Virus record (IMG/VR): IMGVR_UViG_3300046642_000603 | Span: 1-64,000 of that record | Origin: a virus | Taxonomy: Duplodnaviria > Caudoviricetes | Strand: one strand, 5' to 3' | Length of the DNA stretch: 64,000 bases | Part shown: positions 57,406-64,000 of the stretch, in pieces | How positions within the stretch are numbered: the first letter of the stretch is position 1 | Layout: every line of letters starts with the position of its first letter | Translations under genes and position numbers: made by a program | The notes under the pieces: model-generated | Seen by the model: only the letters and a program-made list of their open reading frames with translations | What the model was told of the DNA's origin: nothing | Databases searched by the model: none

Positions 57406-57501
57406 AGGCCCCTGCCTGGGTGACCGGGTGGGGGCCTTTTTCATGCTTGGAAAGCTGTATGCGGATACCGCTTGACAGTGAATGATCCACGGGGATAGCG
57501 T
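57406..57501 (+). repeat. Terminator-promoter cassette, copy 1
   Basis: AGGCCCCTGCC...GGGTGGGGGCCTT.TTCATGCTTGGAAAGCTGT then TTGACA-N18-TAGCGT. Confidence 0.7.
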
Positions 57502-57557
57502 GTGGATTACGCGGACAGGGGGTCCGCAGGAACGATCCAGAAAGTGGGGGGACACTC

Positions 57558-58106
57558 GTGTCTCAGCCTTACGGTCAGACGCCGCAGCAGCCCTACGGCC
57601 AGATGCCGCAGCCTTACCCGCAGCCCCAGCCGCCGAAGAAGAAGAGGGGCGTGCTGAAGTTCGGCTGCCTCGGGTTCGTCGGCATCATCGTCATCGCCGG
57701 TATCGCGTCTGCGGGGGGTGGTGGTAAGGGCGACAACTCGTCCTCCTCTAGCACCTCGTCCTCCTCCAGCGCCTCCTCGAAGGCCCCGGCGCACAAGTCG
57801 GCGCCCCAGAAGAACACGGTTGACGCCTTCAAGGCGTACGCGAAGAAGAACGAGTCCTCGCAGACCAGCGCTGCTGTGCAGCACGTCACGAAGGTGCAGG
57901 GAGGGGACTCGCAAAACGACATCCTCGACGCCGCCGACGTCTACACCAGTTACTCCGGCGGCCTCATGAGCGCCGACACCGGGAAGGCCAAGTTGATCGC
58001 CTCGGCGTTCGCGGACTTCCAGAAGAGCCGGGGCAAGTCCAGCAAGAACGGTCTGGTGACGGTCTACGGCGCGGACGGAGACCTCCTCAGCAACGGTAAG
58101 TACTGA
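57558..58106 (+). CDS. Single-pass membrane protein
   Basis: PQ-rich N-terminus, KKKR followed by TM, Ser-rich linker. Confidence 0.7.
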   Translation: MSQPYGQTPQQPYGQMPQPYPQPQPPKKKRGVLKFGCLGFVGIIVIAGIASAGGGGKGDNSSSSSTSSSSSASSKAPAHKSAPQKNTVDAFKAYAKKNESSQTSAAVQHVTKVQGGDSQNDILDAADVYTSYSGGLMSADTGKAKLIASAFADFQKSRGKSSKNGLVTVYGADGDLLSNGKY

Positions 58107-58173
58107 CGATCGCGGCGGCTCGCCGGGAGGACCTTGGGGGAGGACCGCCTCGGCTGATATGACCACGTGAAGA

Positions 58174-58264
58174 AGGCCCCTGCCCTGACGGGTGGGGGCC
58201 TTCTTCATGCTTGGAAAGCTGTTTGATGAAACGCCTTGACGAGACCTATCAACTCCGATAGATT
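58174..58264 (+). repeat. Terminator-promoter cassette, copy 2
   Basis: Same hairpin and TTCATGCTTGGAAAGCTGT, then TTGACG-N17-TAGATT. Confidence 0.7.
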
Positions 58265-58315
58265 CTCATTACTGCTTCGGAAGCCGTAAGTACGAAGCCG
58301 TAATGAGGAGGAAGC

Positions 58316-58570
58316 GTGGCGCAGAAGAGGGCACCGTTCAAGGCCGGGGACCGCGTCTCGATCATGTACGACCACAGCCTGGCCCCGGGGATCGTGCTCA
58401 AGGTCGAGCAGGGTTCCTCCGGTTCCTGGCGTGGTGACGTCCGGACCGCTGACGGCGTCCTGGAGAACCGCTCCCTCCACTCGGACTACGTCATGAAGGA
58501 GTCCCGCTTGGAGCCGGGGACGCGGACGGCATGGGCGTCGGCCTGGGAGCGCCTGGAGAGCAGGGGCTAG
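58316..58570 (+). CDS. Small SH3/KOW-like protein
   Basis: FKAGDRV...GIVLKV; GAGGAGG RBS. Confidence 0.55.
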   Translation: MAQKRAPFKAGDRVSIMYDHSLAPGIVLKVEQGSSGSWRGDVRTADGVLENRSLHSDYVMKESRLEPGTRTAWASAWERLESRG

Positions 58571-58674
58571 CTGATCCTCCGGTCCGGTCCGTCGGCGGAT
58601 AGGGGTCGACGGGCCGGGCCGGGTCAGGTACATTACGTCTTCCAGAAGACGTAAGGAGCAAGGGGGAGTGAGAG

Positions 58675-59037
58675 ATGAACATCCCGATGACGGACGATCC
58701 GAGGTTCGAGCGCCTGCCGAAGTGGGTCAGGGACCGCGTCCACGCGAAGGACGAAAAGATCCAGCGCCTGGAGCAGGAGCTGGCCACGGCCCGCGCGCTG
58801 CTGAACGAGGGGCCGGAGGACGCCACGGTCCGCGTCGACCCCTACAGCGCGAACCGGCGGGCGCTGCACGGCAACCCGACCATCGAGTTCCGGTGGAAGA
58901 AGCCGGGCGAGAAGTTCTGGACGTACTTCCTGGTGCGGCTGGAAGAGGACCGGCGGCTGGAGATCCACGCCAGCAGCAGCGTCGCGATCCACCCGTCGTC
59001 CGGCAACTCGATACGGGCGGAGGTCGTCGGCCGCTGA
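58675..59037 (+). CDS. Hypothetical protein
   Basis: RFERLPKWVRD coiled coil; RBS. Confidence 0.65.
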   Translation: MNIPMTDDPRFERLPKWVRDRVHAKDEKIQRLEQELATARALLNEGPEDATVRVDPYSANRRALHGNPTIEFRWKKPGEKFWTYFLVRLEEDRRLEIHASSSVAIHPSSGNSIRAEVVGR

Positions 59038-59093
59038 CCCTGAACGACTTCGAGCGACGAGTCGTCAACCGCTACCGCCAGAAGGAGAAGAAG

Positions 59094-59270
59094 ATGAGCA
59101 GCCCCCTGACGGTCGACTACCTGGGGTTCATCGAGAGGTTCAGGGCGGGCCCGCGCCAGCAGCGCATCCGCATCCGGCCCGAGACGCTTGCTCAGTGTGA
59201 GCAGTCTGTGGGGACGGCGGCCTACGTCCGCTGGTACCTCGGTCAGCTCGCTGAGCGGCTTAATACCTAG
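59094..59270 (+). CDS. Small hypothetical protein
   Basis: AAGGAG RBS; ends LNT-stop. Confidence 0.5.
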   Translation: MSSPLTVDYLGFIERFRAGPRQQRIRIRPETLAQCEQSVGTAAYVRWYLGQLAERLNT

Positions 59271-59344
59271 ATGGGTATTCGGGCGCCCGGCGGAGGATGA
59301 GTCCACCGGGCGCCTGTCCCACCAACGAGAGGTGTGCACTCTCC

Positions 59345-60031
59345 ATGGGACTGACCAAGCCTATCCAGAGCTGGCGCGAGAGTCGCGCGAGCAAGACTGA
59401 GACAGACCCTGTCTCGCCCCCGTCTCAGCCGTTCAACGGCCTGCACGCGACCGGTCTGGTCATCGGGTTCACTCTGATCCTGGTGGCGCTGGCGTTCGTG
59501 GCGCTGGTCGGTATGCGGGTGAGCTGGGTTCCCCTTCGAGACACCGCAGACGGCATCGGCCTGCACGAGGTCAGGGAGTACTACCCCCTGGTCATCGACG
59601 GGCTGGACGGTCTGGGTGTGGTCGCCTCGCTGGCGCTGGTCGGCTCCCCGGGATACCGGTGGGCGATCGGCACGGTGGTCGGTCTCACCGCTGTCTCACT
59701 CGTTCTCAACGTCGCCCACGGCTCTGCGTACGCGCATGTGACGGGGCAGTCCGCGAAGACGACGTGGGGGCACGTGATCCTGGCCTCGGCCGCTCCGACG
59801 ATCTGCATCGCGCTGGGTACGCACCTGGCCGCGCTGACGTTTCACCGGCTGGCCGGGGTGCTGAGACAGCGGCGAGACAGCAGTGAGGTCACCCTGGTCA
59901 CGGCCCGGGAGCTGGCCAAGATCCTTGAGGTGAGCCCGAGCACGATCAGCACGTGGGTCGACCGGGGCAAGCTCACCCCTGTCTCGAAGGACCCCGACGG
60001 CCGCAACCTGTTCAACCCTGCATCTCTGTGA
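59345..60031 (+). CDS. DUF2637/SpdA-like membrane protein with C-terminal HTH
   Basis: Four TM segments with YPLVIDG, SLVLNVAH, AAP; TARELAKILEVSPSTISTWVDRGKL. Confidence 0.65.
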   Translation: MGLTKPIQSWRESRASKTETDPVSPPSQPFNGLHATGLVIGFTLILVALAFVALVGMRVSWVPLRDTADGIGLHEVREYYPLVIDGLDGLGVVASLALVGSPGYRWAIGTVVGLTAVSLVLNVAHGSAYAHVTGQSAKTTWGHVILASAAPTICIALGTHLAALTFHRLAGVLRQRRDSSEVTLVTARELAKILEVSPSTISTWVDRGKLTPVSKDPDGRNLFNPASL

Positions 60032-60081
60032 CCACTCGCGGGGCCTGGTACGCCGGGCCCCGCCCCACCCCGGGAGGACCC

Positions 60082-60318
60082 GTGTCCGACTCCATCGAGA
60101 TCCCCCTGCCGCTGATCCAGGTCGTCACGACGGAGTCCTGGAAGAGCGCCGGATGGTCCGGCTACCGCGAGTTCACCTGCACCATCTCCGTCGGCGACGT
60201 CGTCCTCCTGGAGCGCAAGGGCGACGACGAGGAGGACTACAACATGCACGAGGACCGGCTGCGCGAAGAGACCGTCAACGAGTTCGGCAAGCGACTGAAG
60301 GAGGTACTGGGACTGTGA
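60082..60318 (+). CDS. Hypothetical protein
   Basis: GGAGG then GTG. Confidence 0.6.
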   Translation: MSDSIEIPLPLIQVVTTESWKSAGWSGYREFTCTISVGDVVLLERKGDDEEDYNMHEDRLREETVNEFGKRLKEVLGL

Positions 60319-60455
60319 GCATCCGATCCCTGCTGGAACACGTCGGTATCGACGTGGGGGACGTCATCTTCGTCAACGGCGTTCTGCTGGACGAGACCAT
60401 CACCACGGAGCCCGATGAGGGCTTCGAGTTCGACTGCTCCTGAAAGGGCACCACC

Positions 60456-60920
60456 ATGACGCTTAATACCCAGGCCCACGAGGCCATCGAGATCACCCTG
60501 GACGATGCGAAGACGCTGCTGGCCCGCGCGGTCGAGGAGCGGGGCGCCGACTACCAGTACAAGATGCTCACGATCGAGTTGGAGCCGGGCCGCCAGGAGT
60601 CGCTGTGCGCCTACTTCGACCCGCAGACGAAGGTGCCGTCGTGCATCGTCGGCCAGGTGCTGTCCTACAAGGGCGTCACGTTCGACGACATGGCCGCCAA
60701 GGACAAGAACGTCTACGCCTCGGCGGGGACGCTGATCGACACCGCGTTCATCAAGGCCGACAGCGAGACGCGGGCGCTGCTGGAGGCGGTGCAGTCCGAG
60801 CAGGACTCCGGTATGCCGTGGGGCCAGGCCGTCGAAGAGGCGCTGTCGACGTACGAGGCCGTGGCGCAGGGCTACGAGGAGGAGGGTTACGACGACCCCT
60901 CCGAGGCGTACTGGTTCTGA
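60456..60920 (+). CDS. Hypothetical protein
   Basis: AVEERGADYQY...CAY...PSCIVG...Q..QD.G..WG.A. Confidence 0.7.
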   Translation: MTLNTQAHEAIEITLDDAKTLLARAVEERGADYQYKMLTIELEPGRQESLCAYFDPQTKVPSCIVGQVLSYKGVTFDDMAAKDKNVYASAGTLIDTAFIKADSETRALLEAVQSEQDSGMPWGQAVEEALSTYEAVAQGYEEEGYDDPSEAYWF

Positions 60921-61570
60921 TGGGGACGAACATCCTGCTGAGCGGGGTCGTGGGCAGCACTGCCTTCGGCCTCGCCCGGCCCGGCTCGGACACCGACCGG
61001 CTCGGCATTTTCATCCGTCCCACTCCGGAGTTCTTCCGTATTGGTTCCCAGCATCAGGACTCGCTGGTGACCACGGCTCCGGACGTCACCCTGCACGAGG
61101 TCGGCAAGTACGTGAACCTCGCGCTGAAGTGCAACCCGACGATCATGGACCTGATGTACCTGGAGGAGTACGAGCAGCAGTCCTGGGAGGGGGAGTGGTT
61201 GGTCGACATCCGCGAGGACTTCCTGTCCGAGGGCTACGTGCGCTCCGCGTACGGCGGCTACGCCATGGGCCAGATCAAGCGGATCAAGCAGGAGCTGGCC
61301 AACGAGGCCAGGCAGAAGCGGGTGGCCAAGCACGCCAGGCATTGCTTCCGGCTGCTGCGGCAGGGCCAGCAACTGCTGGAGTACGGCACGTTGACCGTCC
61401 GTGTGCCGGACCCGGACTTCTACTGGGCGTTCGACGAGATGTCGGGTGACCAGATCGAGGCCGAGTTCTGGAAGGCGTTCGACGTCTTCAACAACCTGGT
61501 CGGCATCCTTCCGGCGCAGCCGCGTACGGACCGGCTCCAGGACTTCATCAACTACGTGAGGAAGATCTGA
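60920..61570 (+). CDS. RlaP/PF10127-like nucleotidyltransferase
   Basis: VVGSTAFGLARPGSDTDRLGIF; LKCNPTIMD; KHARHCFRLL. Confidence 0.8.
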   Translation: MGTNILLSGVVGSTAFGLARPGSDTDRLGIFIRPTPEFFRIGSQHQDSLVTTAPDVTLHEVGKYVNLALKCNPTIMDLMYLEEYEQQSWEGEWLVDIREDFLSEGYVRSAYGGYAMGQIKRIKQELANEARQKRVAKHARHCFRLLRQGQQLLEYGTLTVRVPDPDFYWAFDEMSGDQIEAEFWKAFDVFNNLVGILPAQPRTDRLQDFINYVRKI

Positions 61571-61696
61571 ATGAAGTGGTTCCGTGAGGTTCCGGACGGT
61601 GTCTGGATCCTGGCGCTCCTGGTGGACGCGGCTGCGGCCCTGTACGTCGGGCACGCGCTGCTGGTGGCGTCCGGTCACTGACCGGTCCTGACCTGC

Positions 61697-61726
61697 GAAG
61701 ACCCCTGCTACGGCGGGGGTCTTTTG
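61697..61726 (+). terminator. Intrinsic terminator
   Basis: AAGACCCCTGC-tacg-GCGGGGGTCTTTT. Confidence 0.7.
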
Positions 61727-61884
61727 CATGTTCGCGCAACCCCCTAGGAGTGTGATCCACGCCATACGGGTTCAGTTGAACAGATTCACGATTACGGGCT
61801 TGAGATTACGTCTTCTTCGTTATAGGTTTCTCGATGTCGGGGTCGCCCCCGGCACCACAGAACCGCAGAGCCGAGGAGCACCGC

Positions 61885-62298
61885 ATGAGCACCACCGCCA
61901 CCGACGAGCAGCGCCGCCTCTACATCCGCGAGTTCCTGAACAACCAGGGACACCATGGCCTCGGTGCGGTGCTCGCGGAGATCAACGACGGCGACACCTC
62001 GGACGACTACCTCGATTTCGGCGCCACCCTCCAGATCCAGGACTGCTCCCGCAGCGTGACCCTCGACTTCGGCGTCTACGGCCAGACCGGCACCGAGGAA
62101 GACCGTGACCAGCTCCGCAAGGACCTGGAGAACGCCCGCGCGAAGGCCGACCGCCTCAAGGGCGCCATCTACCTCTTCATCGAGAAGTTGGACGAGGCCC
62201 TGAGCGACGTGGAGACCGACCTCGACAAGCGCGACCGCCGCGCCGCGAAGAAGTCCAAGAACAAGCGCAAGAACAAGAAGGCCGCGAAGAAGGGCTGA
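61885..62298 (+). CDS. Hypothetical protein
   Basis: GAGGAG RBS; REFLN...LQIQDCSRSVTLDF. Confidence 0.7.
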   Translation: MSTTATDEQRRLYIREFLNNQGHHGLGAVLAEINDGDTSDDYLDFGATLQIQDCSRSVTLDFGVYGQTGTEEDRDQLRKDLENARAKADRLKGAIYLFIEKLDEALSDVETDLDKRDRRAAKKSKNKRKNKKAAKKG

Positions 62299-62300
62299 AC

Positions 62301-62531
62301 ATGACCGCGAAGCAGGACGACGACCGCCCCCTCATGGGACTCGGTCATCTGGTGATCCCCAACGTCAGCGCCGCGAAGGACTGGCTGGAGCGCCAGGGCA
62401 AGAAGCGCGAGGAAGCCGTCGAGATCGTCGTCCTTGAGACCAAGAAGTGGTTCGCCATCGACCACCTCCCCGACGAGTTCTACGAGACCTTCGCCAAGCG
62501 CGTGGTCGCCGCACTCGACCAGCGTCTCTGA
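62301..62531 (+). CDS. Hypothetical protein
   Basis: Operon spacing. Confidence 0.55.
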   Translation: MTAKQDDDRPLMGLGHLVIPNVSAAKDWLERQGKKREEAVEIVVLETKKWFAIDHLPDEFYETFAKRVVAALDQRL

Positions 62532-62553
62532 CCCACCACACCCCGGAGGACAC

Positions 62554-63660
62554 ATGACCAACCTCATGAGCATCATGTCCCAGAGCCTGCTCAAGGAAAT
62601 GCTCGACAAGGGCTACGTCCGCAGGCAGAACCACCCCGACGCGTCGCTGGCCATCCTCAACTACACGAACAAGGCCCAGTACGAGGGCATGTGGAACGAC
62701 GTCACGAAGAAGACGCGCGGCCTGATCGTCGACAGCGTCACCAACGAGGTCATCTCCCGCCCGTTCGAGAAGTTCTTCAACTGGGACCAGGTACCCGAAC
62801 TGCACTCCACGCTCCTGGCGCAGCCGGTCGAGGGATACGTGAAGTGGGACGGCTCTCTGGGCGTCGGCTACACGCTTAATACCGGGGAGTTCCGCATCGC
62901 CACGCGGGGCTCCTTCACCAGCCCCCAGGCCCTGCACGCCACCGCGCTCGTGCAGGAGCGGTACCCCGAGTTCGAGCCCATCCTCGGCCTGACGTACCTC
63001 TTCGAGATCGTCTTCCCGGCCAACCGCATCGTCGTGGACTACCAGAGCCTGGACGACCTGGTGCTCCTCGCCGTCATCGACACCGCGACCGGCAAGACGC
63101 TCCCCTTCGGCACCTACGACTGGCCCGGCCTGGTCAATGAGCCGGTCGGCTTCAAGACGATGCCCGACGTCCTGGACTACATGCGCCACGTGCAGGAGAA
63201 GAACCTGGAGGGCTTCGTCGTCCGCTTCCCCTGGAGCGACACCCGGGTGAAGTTCAAGTACGACGAGTACGTCCGCCTGCACCGCATCCTGACGAACGTC
63301 TCCACCCTCTCCGTGTGGGACGCGCTGGCCAACGGGCAGGGCATCGACTCCTGGATCGACCACGTGCCGGACGAGTTCTACACCTGGGTCCACCAGCAGG
63401 TGTACCGCCTGGAGGGTGACTTCGCCCGCGAGAAGGCCCAGATCATGGACGACTACGCCTGGATCCTCAAGCGGTTGCGGCGGCCGGAGACGGACGCACA
63501 GAAGCGCCGCAAGGAGTTCGCGCTGCTCGCCCAGGAGACGCCGTACCCGGGTCTGCTGTTCCGCATCTACGGCGGCAAGGACATCACGGCCGACGTCTGG
63601 AAGCGGGTCCGGCCGACGTACGAGAAGCCGTTCCAGACGCTCTCGGAGGATGCGGCCTGA
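62554..63660 (+). CDS. RNA ligase (T4 Rnl1-like)
   Basis: LNYT...RGLI...RPFEKFFN, KWDGSLG, ATRGSF, FEIV, EGFVV, KFKYDEY. Confidence 0.88.
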   Translation: MTNLMSIMSQSLLKEMLDKGYVRRQNHPDASLAILNYTNKAQYEGMWNDVTKKTRGLIVDSVTNEVISRPFEKFFNWDQVPELHSTLLAQPVEGYVKWDGSLGVGYTLNTGEFRIATRGSFTSPQALHATALVQERYPEFEPILGLTYLFEIVFPANRIVVDYQSLDDLVLLAVIDTATGKTLPFGTYDWPGLVNEPVGFKTMPDVLDYMRHVQEKNLEGFVVRFPWSDTRVKFKYDEYVRLHRILTNVSTLSVWDALANGQGIDSWIDHVPDEFYTWVHQQVYRLEGDFAREKAQIMDDYAWILKRLRRPETDAQKRRKEFALLAQETPYPGLLFRIYGGKDITADVWKRVRPTYEKPFQTLSEDAA

Positions 63661-63965
63661 TGGAGCCCGACGACCTCGGCGGCTGGTTCGAGGCGGCGGA
63701 ACTGGTGGGCGGGGAACGACTCCTCGCCCACCCCCGCAAGGACTGCATCGGCCGCCACTGCTGCGTACACAATCCCTCCGATCACCACATGGCCGACTGG
63801 CCCCAGCACTTCCGCATGGACCGCGCCCTGATGGAGCGGATGTGCTCCCACGGCGTCGGTCACCCCGACCCGGACGACCTCGCCTACAAGCGGATGTTGC
63901 AGGGCGAGGACTACAACCCCTACGAGGGCCTGCACGGCTGCGACGGGTGCTGCCGATGCCCGTGA
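63660..63965 (+). CDS. Cys/His-rich small protein
   Basis: C..HNPSDHHM...MER.C.HGVGHPDPD...HGCDGCC. Confidence 0.7.
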   Translation: MEPDDLGGWFEAAELVGGERLLAHPRKDCIGRHCCVHNPSDHHMADWPQHFRMDRALMERMCSHGVGHPDPDDLAYKRMLQGEDYNPYEGLHGCDGCCRCP

Positions 63966-64000
63966 AGTGCCAGTGCTGCGGACCGAAGAAGACGAAGGAG

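Larger units (their letters stand above)
5673..62883 (+). repeat. Dispersed strand-polarised nonamer CTTAATAYC (27 copies)
   Basis: Starts at 5673, 7323, 7725, 9226, 9989, 12955, 16279, 17028, 17818, 19804, 21273, 22787, 23963, 24407, 27213, 29147, 32110, 35005, 36076, 36676, 37662, 39695, 40216, 41736, 59259, 60462, 62875. Confidence 0.9.

Noticed and set aside
5673-62883. CTTAATAC as a T7-like promoter (TAATAC...) or a bldA TTA-codon control
   Set aside because: No conservation beyond 9 bp and no phage RNA polymerase in the window; the TTA is out of frame in every copy
1-64000. Integrase, capsid, portal or large terminase genes
   Set aside because: None recognised in this window, so lifestyle and packaging mode cannot be called

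Overview
High-GC (roughly two-thirds G+C by eye) segment of a large actinobacteriophage, most likely infecting Streptomyces (WhiB, HrdB-like promoters, GH25 lysin, codon style). Nearly all genes are on the + strand. Order: baseplate/tail genes suggesting a contractile tail (1-5.3 kb); holin-like genes; a replication/recombination/nucleotide module (initiator with internal HNH, DnaC, DnaB, DnaG, SNF2, SSB, PolA, NrdJ, RecA, resolvase, WhiB, Cas4-like nuclease, RNA ligase, ThyX, dNMP kinase, EndoVII; 6-29.6 kb); a block with SpoVS, uncharacterised proteins, HNH, endolysin and an NTase/ParB/HAD/TGT-like cluster (29.7-42 kb); a cassette-like early region with host-sigma promoters and a conserved leader (42-54 kb); a ~1.2 kb mostly non-coding region with a strand-composition switch (54-55.2 kb); then small genes and an RlaP/RNA-ligase repair module. 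The most striking unexplained signal is an AT-rich nonamer, CTTAATAYC. I found it 27 times by eye, only on the + strand and always inside reading frames (as Leu-Asn-Thr/Ile/Met with rare codons), about every 1.5 kb over 5.7-41.7 kb, and not at all in the 17.5 kb early region. A second, separate intergenic operator-like motif (TTACG-N12-CGTAA) is also present. All counts are manual and family calls come from motif recognition, not database searches.
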